From positions 33,803,874 to 33,867,873 of the forward strand of contig NC_069005.1 in assembly GCF_001194135.2 (NCBI RefSeq): a stretch of DNA of 64,000 nucleotides, written 5' to 3'. Positions 1 through 12,588 of the stretch are shown one piece after another. This stretch comes from Octopus bimaculoides. Its lineage: Eukaryota. Positions within the stretch are counted from its first letter, which is position 1. The number at the start of each line of letters is the position of its first letter. The notes beneath the pieces are model-generated. The model did no database searches and was not told the origin of the DNA. It saw nothing but the letters and a program-made list of their open reading frames with translations. Made by a program: the position numbers and the translations under genes.

Positions 1-228
1 CAACATACAACCACCACCCAAATCAACCCCCTCCACCCACCACCTCAATCAATCTGCACCCCTCCCACCACTCTCTCATTAGCAATTACTCCCTCTGTCT
101 CCCTCATCCCATCTCTATGATTCACTTCTGATGATTTCGTGGTCGCAATAAAGACTTCTATCATTGACTTGACACTGATAAGCACTCAACGTAACAATCA
201 GTCGATCGATTTATCTCTCTGCTTAGAC

Positions 229-276
<48 letters not shown>

Positions 277-439
277 TTGTCTGTCTGTCCACCTATCTGC
301 TTGCCTATCTATATCTATCTATACATACATACATGTATATGCCTATACATATATATGCACATGCGCATACATATAAATGTGAAATATATGTGTGTGTGTG
401 AGTATGTATAAAATATCAACGCTAATACTTTGCAGGCAT

Positions 440-600
440 AATTATGTGTGTATACCTGAAAGAAGGTTGCTTCCTGACAACATTGTTCCGGGTTCAATCC
501 TACTGCATGGCATCTTGGACGAGCAAGTGTCCTCTACTGTAACGTTTTGCCGACCAAAGCCTTGTGAGTGGATTTCGTAGACGGAAACTGAAAGAACCTT
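440..600 (+). mobile_element. Degraded tRNA-derived SINE (family with GACCAAAGCCTTGTGAGTGGATTT..GTAGACGGAAACTGAAAGAA 3' part)
   Basis: B-box-like CCGGGTTCAATCC. The 3' segment recurs at ~35225-35340 and a similar head at ~63510-63560. Confidence 0.6.
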
Positions 601-614
601 CTTTATAGCCACTA

Positions 615-785
615 CACATTCTTTATTCTCTCTCCTTGTTTCTTTCTGTGTTCCATTCTGAGGAAGAGCGTAAGCTAGAAACGTTAAAGACTTTTTCACT
701 TCCCGAGCGTTATACTAATACATCTGCTTGTTGTCTACACCGTCTGTCTTCGTCATTTGTTTTTTTGTGAATTCTCCCCCTATAT
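615..785 (+). mobile_element. Short non-coding interspersed repeat with hammerhead-like motif (copy A)
   Basis: Aligns by eye to 10415-10590, 10615-10785, 41595-41750 and (minus) 63790-63920 over GAAGAGCGTARGCTCGAAACG..AAAGAC..TTCCCGAGCGT..ACTAATA..CTGTCTTCGTC. Confidence 0.75.
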
Positions 786-804
786 ACATATATATGTGTG
801 TGTG

Positions 805-1040
805 TTTGTGTCTGTGTTTGTCTCCCACCACCGGATGACAACTGGTGTTGGTGTGCCTATGTTGCAGTAACTTAGCGGTTCAGCAAAAGAGAAATAAATA
901 TGCACCAGGCGTAAAAAAAACCCCAACAAAAAGCAATCAGTACAATGGTCGATTCATTCGACTCAAATTTCTTCAAAGCGGTGCTCTAGCATGGCCGCAT
1001 TCTAATAACTGAAACAAACAAACGATAAAAGATTAAAAGA
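805..1040 (+). mobile_element. SINE-like interspersed repeat (GTAACTTAGCGGTTCAGCAAAA...GCGGTGCTCTAGCATGGCC family)
   Basis: Clear second copy at ~21955-22125 with the same motif order. Confidence 0.65.
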
Positions 1041-1883
1041 AAAAAACAGTTGACACAGGACTACATCGAATCCAATGTCCTGATGGCATTCCTTCCCTTT
1101 ATTTGTTAAAGGTTGTCGGCTGCTACTTCTAGCACGTCGGCAGACGACATAAAACTCTACCGTTTGCTAACCTGATTCATCCCAACCTCTCCCTAACCCC
1201 CACTGGTAACTGTACTTAGATGTCTTCATTTACAGTTCAATATTTTATTCATTTCGGTGTTGTTGTAGTTGAAGCTATTTTGTGGTTTGGGAATCAATAA
1301 AATGGCGGAGATACAAACCATGGCCGTTAAAAGCTGATGCATTCTGTTTTATGACATAAAATTAAGATGCTTTTTCCTTCGAACTTCTAAGAATGGTTTG
1401 GGTATGTTTTTGTTTATTTTCGTTATATATTTAATACCGGGTATAGGGTACATCAGTAGTTTGTACTTAAATCCTCCGTACAAATTAGGAGTTAATCATA
1501 AAATTTCCATCTCTCGTTGTGTTACGACGCTAACACACCAACACCATCGCCACCACCACCACTACCGCCACCACCGCCGCCGCTGCTGCCGCAAGCAACA
1601 ACAGGGCCGTCATTATTTGTTCTAATGTCGCAACCAATTATTAACAACACAATAGAAACAGGATTAACATCTCTAAGCTACCAACTGGTAGACATAAAAC
1701 CGTTGTTCCATCGTAAAAAAAAATGGCATTTACTGGGTCGCTGTCCCTTAAGTCTCATATGGCTTCGTAGTGAAGATGCTTGCTTTGTAGCCATGTCGTT
1801 CCGAGTTGGATCCCACCGAGAAAAAGCTTGGGCAAGTGACTTCGACAACAACAGCTTCGGGTCGATCAATGCTTGTCTTCTTC

Positions 1884-2032
1884 ACGTTCTGAGTTCGAAT
1901 TCCGACGAGGTCGACTTTGTCTTTCATCGTTTCAGAGTCGATAAATTAAGTACCAGTTGAGTACTGGTGTCGATGTAATCGACTGGCCCCCTCCCCCCAA
2001 ATTCAGGCATTGGGTATACAGTAGAAAGGATT
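1884..2032 (+). mobile_element. tRNA-derived SINE, 5'-truncated (GAGTTCRAAT..GAGGTCGACTTTG family)
   Basis: B-box GAGTTCGAATTCC followed by the body GTCGACTTTG..TCATC..GTCGATAAATTAAGTACCAGT..GTCGATGTAATCGACT shared with many copies in the window. Confidence 0.75.
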
Positions 2033-2033
2033 A

Positions 2034-2224
2034 AAGGCGGAGAACTGGCAGAGTCGTTAACACGCCGGGGAAATGCTTTACGGTATTTCGTCTGCCGTTA
2101 CGTTCTGAGTTCAAATTTCGCTGAGGTCGACTTTGCCTTTCATCCTTTCGGGGCCGATAAATGAAGTACCAGTCAAGTACTGGGATCGATTTAATCGACT
2201 ATCCACCTCCCCTCAAATTACAGG
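2034..2224 (+). mobile_element. tRNA-derived SINE, near full length
   Basis: A-box-like TGGCAGAGTCGTTAA, B-box GAGTTCAAAT, and the same body as 1884-2032. Confidence 0.8.
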
Positions 2225-2625
2225 ACGAGTCTACACGGATTTTCTAAATCAATCCTCGTGCTTGGTCCTGATTGAGTAGATCTATGACCAGAGACACTCT
2301 AGCCATGGCCATCACCCTTTACCCACGAATTAAAATACACCTTTGACTCCGAGGTGGTGATGGTGGTGCTGATCAGGGTGATCGCGGAAATGGTAGAGAA
2401 CGTCGCGATGGTGGTGGTTGTGGTGGCGGCGACGAGCGTGATAAGGATAGTAGCGGCGGTGATGGTGGTGGTGTCGAAAGTGGTGATGACTGTGATAGTT
2501 GTGATGGTGATGCCGATGCCAATGATGCCGAAGGCAGTTGCTGCACGTAGTAAAGATGGTCACGACCGTAGCGCTGGAGACGTCGACAACGATGATGATG
2601 GTGCTGGTGATTGTGCTGGTAATTG

Positions 2626-2656
<31 letters not shown>

Positions 2657-2762
2657 GATTGTAGCGATCATTGTCTAAACTGTCGGTGAATGAGGAGCGC
2701 GTCTATAGAATAAGTGTCTTATTACTGTCATATAGTGGAGCATTTGCAGAGAGGGAGAGAGA

Positions 2763-2797
<35 letters not shown>

Positions 2798-2894
2798 NNN
2801 NNNNNNNATTGCTGACAGAAAAAAATTAATCACTATCAAACATGCCAATTTCCAAATTGGGCCGTAATTATGGCTTTTCACATGTGGCCACACA

Positions 2895-2937
<43 letters not shown>

Positions 2938-3726
2938 GCACGCGTACACATATTGAAACAGAGCTACATTCGTACACATGTATTTGTGAGTGTCTTAGTG
3001 TCGCTATGAATGTGTGTGTGCGTGTATGTGTGTGTGTGTATATATTATATGTATTTGTATGTGCGAGGGTGTGGGTATGTGTATATACATATATGTGTAT
3101 TTATGAGTGTACTCACGTGTAGTTATATATACGTGTACGTGTTCATACGTGTCTTTCGTAAGTTTGCTTTGTAATTATTAGAATTAGTCCGCCGAAAAAG
3201 TTATCTGGTTTCTAACAAAGACTGGCAACTCCATAGATGGATAACAGAAGTGGGAATGAGAGACATGCTAAAGACTTAGAAAAGTCTTGTATATCCGTAC
3301 TGTTCCGCTTACTACCGACTATGTTAGAAAGAGCGTATTATATTTATGTATGCGTGTCGTCCTCTCTACTCTTTACATGAATATGATATATATATATATA
3401 TATATANNNNNNNNNNNNNNNNNNNNNNNNNNNNNNNNNNNNNNNNNNNNNNNNNNNNNNNNNNNNNNNNNNNNNNNNNNNNNNNNNNNNNNNNNNNNNN
3501 NNNNNNNNNNNNNNNNNNNNNNNNNNNNNNNNNNNNNNNNNNNNNNNNNNNNNNNNNNNNNNNNNNNNNNNNNNNNNNNNNNNNNNNNNNNNNNNNNNNN
3601 NNNNNNNNNNNNNNNNNNNNNNNNNNNNNNNNNNNNNNNNNNNNNNNNNNNNNNNNNNNNNNNNNNNNNNNNNNNNNNNNNNNNNNNNNNNNNNNNNTAT
3701 ATATATATATATATTCACATACAGTT

Positions 3727-4194
3727 GTAGATTGGGAGAGGGGGGTGCACATGACCGGGATGGATGGAGGAATAAGAGTGCAACAACGGGGTTGTTTGAG
3801 GTTTGAAAGAGAGAAAATGAAGCACGAAAAGATTCAGGGAAGGCTTAGAAGGAATGGACCTGCGGAAAATGAGGCAGTGTTGCTTTTTGTGTGTGGGATG
3901 TGTGGGAAGAGGTGCTTGAGTCGTGCGGTCCTGGTCAGCCATCAGAGAACTCACAGGAATCGAGCCATGCTAAATTGTGATATGGTTATTGTTCACAACA
4001 GAATATATGCAACACGTGGAAAGGTGTGCCTCTTAGTTGGAGGATTGAAAAGGCGTGTCAAGAGAATTCATAGTGTGGCACCTGTTCCCTTCGCCAGCCA
4101 GCACTACTATGCATTATGCAATAGAATGGGCAAATCTTTGGCCGGGCTCAAGAGTCACACACGTACCTCACGTTGCATCAACAGTGAACAATGA
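3727..4194 (+). mobile_element. 3' end of an RTE-like LINE ORF with three C2H2-like zinc knuckles (one intact, two decayed)
   Basis: Open frame DWE..GIRVQQRGCLRFE..HEKIQGRLRR then FVCGMCGKRCLSRAVLVSHQRTH (C-x2-C-x12-H-x3-H). This resembles the WE..W..FE..KR..C..CGR..GL.SH C-terminus of RTE elements. A (GTAT)n run follows shortly after the stop. The 5' part is lost in the 3407-3697 gap. Confidence 0.6.
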
Positions 4195-4997
4195 TACTTT
4201 CTAGCAATTGTTTTGCTCATATACGACAAAGCAGCTAAAATGCATGTATGTATGTATGTATGTATGTATGTATGTATGTATGTATGTATGTATGTATGTA
4301 TATAAAATTCTACCGAAACAGCTGTTGTGAATTTCAAACTCCATTTGTGGTTAATTTTTATATCTACGCCACAACAAAGACAAAGTTTGCAGTCAGATCT
4401 ATGGTTTAAATTCGATTTGATACTTGCATATCTACACTATCCCAACAACACTTAATACCTTCAGTGATGTTTACCTCACTTTGAGCTTTATGTTATCGAA
4501 CCTAACCATATCTGGCCTCCTACGAGTTGATGTGCCGTGATTCTAATGAATTCTTACAGCTAAGCCATACAAACACATATATATCTGTATATAAGTGCAC
4601 ACACACAAACACGCTAACACACACACACACACACATATTATGTTTTATAACTCCGAGTTTCTCTACTATTATTGATATATATTTGTCGAGTACATTATAT
4701 AAAGTTTGCATGAAAATATTCTGGAAGTAATAGCAGAATATTGATTTCTGTTAGACAAACACACACAAGTAGATATATGTGTGTACGTATGTGCGTTTGT
4801 GTGTGTTTACTTGCTTATGTGTTTGTGTGTTTGTGTGTCTGTGTGTTCAGCAGACACGGTGAGCGTCTCTGTATTATGCTCTTTAATTATGTCCTCTTCA
4901 TATAATAAAATATCATCTCATAGATTTCTGATACTTTTATGACTTCGAAGCACTCGGTACGACGGGATATGGCCGTCTTTATCTCTACGACGTCGTT

Positions 4998-5052
<55 letters not shown>

Positions 5053-5526
5053 GATAAGCAGGATTCTCTTCAGTAGATACGTGTAAGTATCACCAAACCA
5101 TTGTATTCATAAACCAGATAAGTTTTGTTGGACAGAATGACATTCCCAAAGCATATTTATGAATCAATATCCATCTGATCTGTAAAAGCACAACAAAACA
5201 CCTAGTGACGTTAGATAGAGACGTTCGAAGTAAAGGGGAGGTAATTGCATATAAGTAAGATTTCCTCCCTCAGAAAATTCAGTTTTTAGTTTAGATTAAG
5301 AATATAAGCCTCATTCGCATGTAAGGTGTCATCGACGGACATGTTTCGATCTTATCGCTGCTCATCAGCGAGCGGAGAAAAGTGCTTTCTAATCTCAGTG
5401 ACTTTCACCAGAAGAAAACTAATAGTTTGGTTTTCTACAGAATAGTTAGTTTAATTTTAAAACGAGTGTTTTAAGCAGTAGCAGCATGGTGGTGTGTAAG
5501 GTGGTGGGTGGCTGAGAGAGTGACTG

Positions 5527-5611
<85 letters not shown>

Positions 5612-6058
5612 TAGAAAGATTAAGAGAAAGAGAGAAAGACGGGCACCTGTAGGGTTTCGATGTTACTATTTTAGTTAAGAGAAAAACATGCAAATGTCGA
5701 CCATGAAGGAATTGAACACAGAAAGCGATCAGACCATCTGTTCATCTTTTCACTCATCTATATATACATATAAACGTATGTATGCGGGTGTACATACGCG
5801 CATGTGTGTGTGTGTGTGTCTCTCTCTCTATATGTTTGTATGTATGTATGTATGTATGTATGTATGTACGTAGGTGTGTATGTGTATGTGTGCGTGTGTG
5901 TGTGTGTTCGTTACTACACATTCACGTTACCACTTGAAGTAAGAGTGAAAGAGAAAGAGAGATTCTCATTTATTAAATTAATGACTCTTAGCGGATGAAT
6001 TCTGCTTCTTTGTCATAAGAATTCATTTGAGATACTTTTAGACGGACACACACACGGC

Positions 6059-6094
<36 letters not shown>

Positions 6095-6153
6095 CACACA
6101 CATACACACGCACACACACACACATACACACACACACACGCACACACGCACAC

Positions 6154-6222
<69 letters not shown>

Positions 6223-7791
6223 GGGCTGCATCTTGGTTAGTTTTCTTATGGTGATCAGTTCTGGTCTCCTGGGTTTTCTCTCGAATTATCAAAACTGCAA
6301 TTCGACTGATAATGACTGTTATTTGAAAATATTTAGCGTGTTTTCCGTACATCATTTTCGGCAGCTAATCAATGCTTTGGATTTATTGAAAGAAAAATCC
6401 ATGAATAATTATCCCATATTTGTTTTCGTCATTATGTGTGGGTGCTCTATGTGTCTTTATTCGTCATTATGTGTATGTGTGTGTGTATATATGTGTGTGA
6501 TGTAGCAGGAGGATTCTATTTAATACAATAATGTTGTAATCTAGTATTTGTCCCCGTTCTCTATGGAAATTTAATGCAACATCAGCAAATAGTAAGTGCA
6601 TAATAAGCCGCCGGTATTGTATAGTTGTCGAATGTCCAATTTTATATTTGATAAGATTTACACGGATGAAATATAGAAGGGTGATATTGGTTTGTTCAAT
6701 GTGTATGTAACTGTTGTTGTAGGTGTTGTTGTTTAAAGTCTTTTCCTCCGGCTAATATTTAAAACTCGATAATCCGGCTCTTAGTAATTCTTTATAATAT
6801 CAAGGGCGTGGGGTGTGTTGGGGTCTGTAACTAGTTACAAACCTTCGTATTTCATACAAAGACGGATGTGAAGCTAGAAATCCTATTAATAAAACAGAAA
6901 CTAAATGATCAAACTTTATTTGAATATTTATATAACTTGTGGGTAGGTAGCTGTGTATTTAATGTCATAGGAACACGAAAGACCATATGAACAAATACAT
7001 ACACAGATGCATATATAAATAAATGTAAATACAATCACACATACACGCACACACACACACACATAAAGGTTAATGTCACGCTTATCAGCGTTGACTGAAA
7101 CATAATTATGTACGAATCTTATTTAATATGTACTTGTGCATTCGGACATGGAAAGACGCTACGCTGCGAGATGTCTCTTGGGAAGAAATTCTCCTTATAA
7201 TGTGTTTATACGCATAATTTCTGTAAATGTAATGGAATTTTCCAGCTCTCAGAATGTACTACTTCCTACTGCGAAAACATTGAAGATTAAATTGAATGGA
7301 TTTGATCATACATTGGGGCAGATTATTACAGGTTTCGNNNNNNNNNNNNNNNNNNNNNNNNNNNNNNNNNNNNNNNNNNNNNNNNNNNNNNNNNNNNNNN
7401 NNNNNNNNNNNNNNNNNNNNNNNNNNNNNNNNNNNNNNNNNNNNNNNNNNNNNNNNNNNNNNNNNNNNNNNNNNNNNNNNNNNNNNNNNNNNNNNNNNNN
7501 NNNNNNNNNNNNNNNNNNNNNNNNNNNNNNNNNNNNNNNNNNNNNNNNNNNNNNNNNNNNNNNNNNNNNNNNNNNNNNNNNNNNNNNNNNNNNNNNNNNN
7601 NNNNNNNNNNNNNNNNNNNNNNNNNNNNNNNNNNNNNNNNNNNNNNNNNNNNNNNNNNNNNNNNNNNNNNNNNNNNNNNNNNNNNNNNNNNNNNNNNNNN
7701 NNNNNNNNNNNNNNNNNNNNNNNNNNNNNNNNNNNNNNNNNNNNNNNNNNNNNNNNNNNNNNNNNNNNNNNNNNNNNNNNNNNNNNNNNNN

Positions 7792-7854
<63 letters not shown>

Positions 7855-8279
7855 TACACATACATTATGTCTCATTCGCATATATATAACCGTACACATA
7901 CGTTTGTACTGAGAGACATGTATACATATAACCAAAACGCTGCCGCACACAGAAACACTACTCCACAACATATATATCAATAATTATACACACACATACA
8001 AATAATCCCAGAGCCACTGATATACACACACATAAACTGCAGTTACAAGACACATCTATCTCTCTTTTATGTTGGAATACATATCAGTGAACAAGACAGG
8101 AAATTTAGAATTATTCAAGATTACGTGGTATATATGGATTATGGAGATTAAATGGATCAGGAGGGATTATGTGGATTAAGATGACCATGTTGGATTAATA
8201 ACAATATGAATGATTATCGATATGAATTATTAATGAATATACAAGTATATGTATATTATGGATATGTATATACAAATAG

Positions 8280-8327
<48 letters not shown>

Positions 8328-9046
8328 NNNNNNNNNNNNNNNNNNNNNNNNNNNNNNNNNNNNNNNNNNNNNNNNNNNNNNNNNNNNNNNNNNNNNNNNN
8401 NNNNNNNNNNNNNNNNNNNNNNNNNNNNNNNNNNNNNNNNNNNNNNNNNNNNNNNNNNNNNNNNNNNNNNTACATGCATATATATGTGTATATATATACA
8501 TATATATATATATATACATGTACATACATGCATATATATGTGTATATATATACATATATATGTATAATGTATACCTAAATACATATTCCTATACGCCATA
8601 AACACACACACACGTTCACTGCACGCGCACGCACACATACACAATCGCACGCATACACAATCGCACACATACACACTCATAGACACACACATTTATTTGT
8701 ATTGGCGCCCACGAGCAGGCAGTGTAATTATTAAACATACGACTACAGACTGGCACGATGTGAATTCTGACATCCTGTAAGTAGCGGTGCTGCGTTTCAA
8801 GCTCAGAAGCAGATGTTGTGCTCATCAGTTTAATCAGCGGCCGGTCACACAAAATATCAAGAGTCATAAGTAGCAGCGATCCAGGTGAAAAGCCAGCATG
8901 GTTGATCTGTCATGGACGGATGTTTCACAATACAAATGATCGGCTGTAATTGACTCTGTTATTAAACTAGTCGCTCTCTACGTCACTGTATGTCTCTAGT
9001 TCGGCTGGCTTCTGTATATATCACACACTCTCTCTCGCCCTCTGCA

Positions 9047-9117
<71 letters not shown>

Positions 9118-9299
9118 CGCACTCTCTATCTATGTTCCAATGCATAAACATATGCAAATTTTTATCTACATTCGTATGCACAAGCATATAACATACAAAA
9201 ATATGTTATACAGTCATACACATACAAACACACACATATATGTATATAGTCTTCATACGTAAAAATTATGCACGTGCACATACACAATCTCACTCGGAT

Positions 9300-9424
<125 letters not shown>

Positions 9425-10414
9425 CACAGGCGGAAAAAATTATATACGCACGAATGTGTGCTATAAAATTATAGCACACATACACATGTGAACAGACACA
9501 AAATAAAACGCATATATATCATGTACACATGTATGTAAATATATATATATACATACATACAAACATGCATATATATATATGTGTGTGTGTGTATGTGTGC
9601 GAGTGTGTGTGTGTTTATGTATGTATATATATATATGTAAAGATATGTGTGCGTATGTTGTGTGTGTAGATGGCCGCCGGAAGTATTTCTCGATTCCTCT
9701 GGAAACCTTTCAATTATGGAAGGAAAACGATTCCATTTCCATTGTTCCCAATTGAAATTATATACACAGGCAAATATATATACACAACAAATTATATACA
9801 CAAGCAAATATGTGTGTTTGATTTCCTTCCATACTTTTACACCAGTAATTGTAGGCTTACAAAATGTTCTCATGCATTTGCTCGCGCGCGCGCACATACA
9901 CACACACATTCGAACACACACAACCCATTCACACTGTCAGGCATATATATATATATATACGCACATACATCTAAACACACACACATATATGCATATATAT
10001 TCATGCATACACACACATATATATATACATACACAAATGTACTTTTGTGTGCAAATGTGCACATACACACGCACACGAAAGAGATATAAATGCGCACACA
10101 CTGACTCACATACATGTGTATACATATATGTATGCATGTGTATGTCATCATTCATCAAGCTAAGTTTTGTGTAAACATATATATGTATAAACGTACACCC
10201 ACACACACACACACACACAGACGTATGTATATAGATAAACATGTGCACATATATTTATACATACATAATATACACATTTCGTTTCAACTACAAGTACATA
10301 AATATCTGTCTTTGCATTTGAAACTTTGCGTATGCATATATACTCTGAAGCGTACATGAACCACACATACTTACGTCAGCGTCCGCATATATATATATAT
10401 ATATATATATATTT

Positions 10415-10590
10415 CAATTTTTTTTCTCCGTGTTTTTCTCCTTGTCTCCGTATTCTTTCTGTTGAAGAGCGTAGCTCGAAACGTCAAAGACTTTCCGTAT
10501 TCCCGAGCGTCATACTAATATATACTTTTGTTATTTACACCACCTGTCCTCGTCTGTTGTTATTTTTTGTATATTCTCCCATATATATAT
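10415..10590 (+). mobile_element. Hammerhead-like repeat, copy B (first of tandem pair)
   Basis: TCTTT-CTGTTGA-A-GAGC-GTA-GCTC-GAAA-CGTC-AAAGA at 10454-10490, plus the family 3' body. Confidence 0.75.
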
Positions 10591-10614
10591 ATATGCTTGA
10601 TCGCTAAATCTACA

Positions 10615-10785
10615 AGCTTTTTTCATTCTCTCTTTGTTTATTTCCTCTTATTCCTTTCTATTGAAGAGCGTAGGCTCGAAACATAAAAGACTACCTCACT
10701 TTCCCAAGCGTCAAACTAATACTCCTACTTGTTGCTCATGCGCCTGTCTTCGCCTTTTGTTATTCTGTAAATTTCGGCTATATAT
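10615..10785 (+). mobile_element. Hammerhead-like repeat, copy C (second of tandem pair)
   Basis: CCTTT-CTATTGA-A-GAGC-GTAG-GCTC-GAAA-CATA-AAAGA at 10653-10690, 199 bp downstream of copy B. Confidence 0.75.
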
Positions 10786-11329
10786 ATATGCAGTCAAAGT
10801 AATTATAATAGTATGAAGAGGTCAATGCTTCCTTCCAGTGTGCTCTTTACATTTATTAGCAATTCGTTACTACATATTCACATCGCTACATCGCTACATT
10901 TTTCATCAAATAGAGTAGGATAAGTTCTATGATTCAACCCATATAAATATATATAGCTAATACATAATACATTTGTGTTTATGTATCCGGTTGAAGTTCT
11001 ATAATTCCCTTTCCACATTCTAATCACTCATCATTTACGTCTCAGTTATGCAATGGTGTGTGTGCTCATGTATTAAATATATTTGTGTCTACACATCTGC
11101 TCTATTGTTACTTAATGTTTAAATTATATATAACAGATTCAATGCTTGTTTATATAAACGAGACATTATAGTTTCTTTTAAGTGAGATTATCTGGATAGC
11201 TAATAAGGTCTTCGTTTAAGAGTCAGTCGATGTTACAACTTTTATAAGATGTTAAGATACCACAAAATAATATAAAAATCGCTTGATCGACCTGGCTATC
11301 CTGGATGATTTTCTACGTCACTGGTTACA

Positions 11330-11560
11330 ATACGCTTGGCATCGTTTTAGCTCCCAGATGATGCCACTCTGCTGGCGAGCAGGCCCTGATCGGAAGGGCT
11401 AGTCCATCGCAGGGTGACCCATTGACAGCTGAGTGAACTGCAGCAACGTGCAATGAAGTGTTTTGCTCAAGAACACAACACACCACTTGGTTAGGGAATC
11501 GAACCCACGATCTAGCGATCGTCAGCGTAAAACCCTAACCACTAAGCCACGTGACTTCAC
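11330..11560 (-). mobile_element. tRNA-derived SINE (family with TTGAGCAAAACAC..TTGCTGCAGTTCACTCAGCTG core)
   Basis: Minus strand reads GTGGCTTAGTGGTTAGGG..GGGTTCGATTCCC (A and B boxes). Related copies lie at ~38020-38225 (-) and ~60722-61015 (+). Confidence 0.7.
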
Positions 11561-12555
11561 AAATTCCATATTATCATCCCATATTTCAGTACACTCTTAG
11601 TGAAAGACCATCACTGTATAATGGAATTTTGGCTCCTTTAGACCAGAAAAAAATTAACTATATACGTTTCTTGGGTGTTTTGCTTTTCAGAATTTCGTTT
11701 TAAAACAAAAAATAAAGATCTGTTCCATAAATTACAGAGCGAATTAGATGGTATAAAATATGCCAACTGATATTGTAGGTTACATTAGTATTGAAAAAAA
11801 CAAACAAACAAACAAAAACATATATGTGTTGTTAGGCTCACGTGAAGTCGCCTTTGTAATGATCTAAATGTATATGTATGTTGATTATATCTAATCTTAA
11901 AGTCATTTTCTGTCACGACAGCGTAATCAATTACATTGTGATTAATGTGAGATGTGACAGTGACTGCTTAGATAACTGATTTTTCTAAATAATTGCTGTT
12001 GACTGGGAATACGTTCTGTGAATGATAGTTGCGTTTTGCTTTGTTAATATTCTTTGAATTATTCATTTGTTTTTCATTGCTGAAGAATGATAATCTGTTA
12101 TCGAATTAGTGTTCAGAGGATCGAGGTTGGAGTTTTGCTATATTTATGAGAAAGTGTAATTTTACAAGATGGGGGAATATATTTCTAACCTAAGTGCCTA
12201 ATATCGATTGGATATGTTGGATTCAGTCACGTGACATTCCTTTTGCGCTTGTTTTTATGTAGGCTGATGGTATTTAATCGTTTCTTTCAATCGCAGACGA
12301 TAACGCCATATTGAGTATATGTATTTGCTTCATCATTAGAGAAGCTTGAGGTTCACTTTCATTTACATAAATTACTCTGCGTATTTTTTCTAAAAGCAAT
12401 GTTGGATAGTTGAAGTCATGATGCAGGCACGCACACACACACATGCATGGGTGTGTGTGTGGTGTGGTGTGTAGTGTAGGGGTGTGTATGAGTTAAGTAC
12501 ACACACACACGGCGTGCGCGCGCACACACACACATACACACACGGCGTGCGCGCG

Positions 12556-12588
<33 letters not shown>

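Noticed and set aside
2034-2125. tRNA-like A/B boxes as a tRNA gene
   Set aside because: No cloverleaf, and it continues into a SINE body present in many copies.
11830-12240. CACGTG E-boxes including GTCACGTGAC (12226-12235)
   Set aside because: Too few sites over 400 bp to exceed chance.
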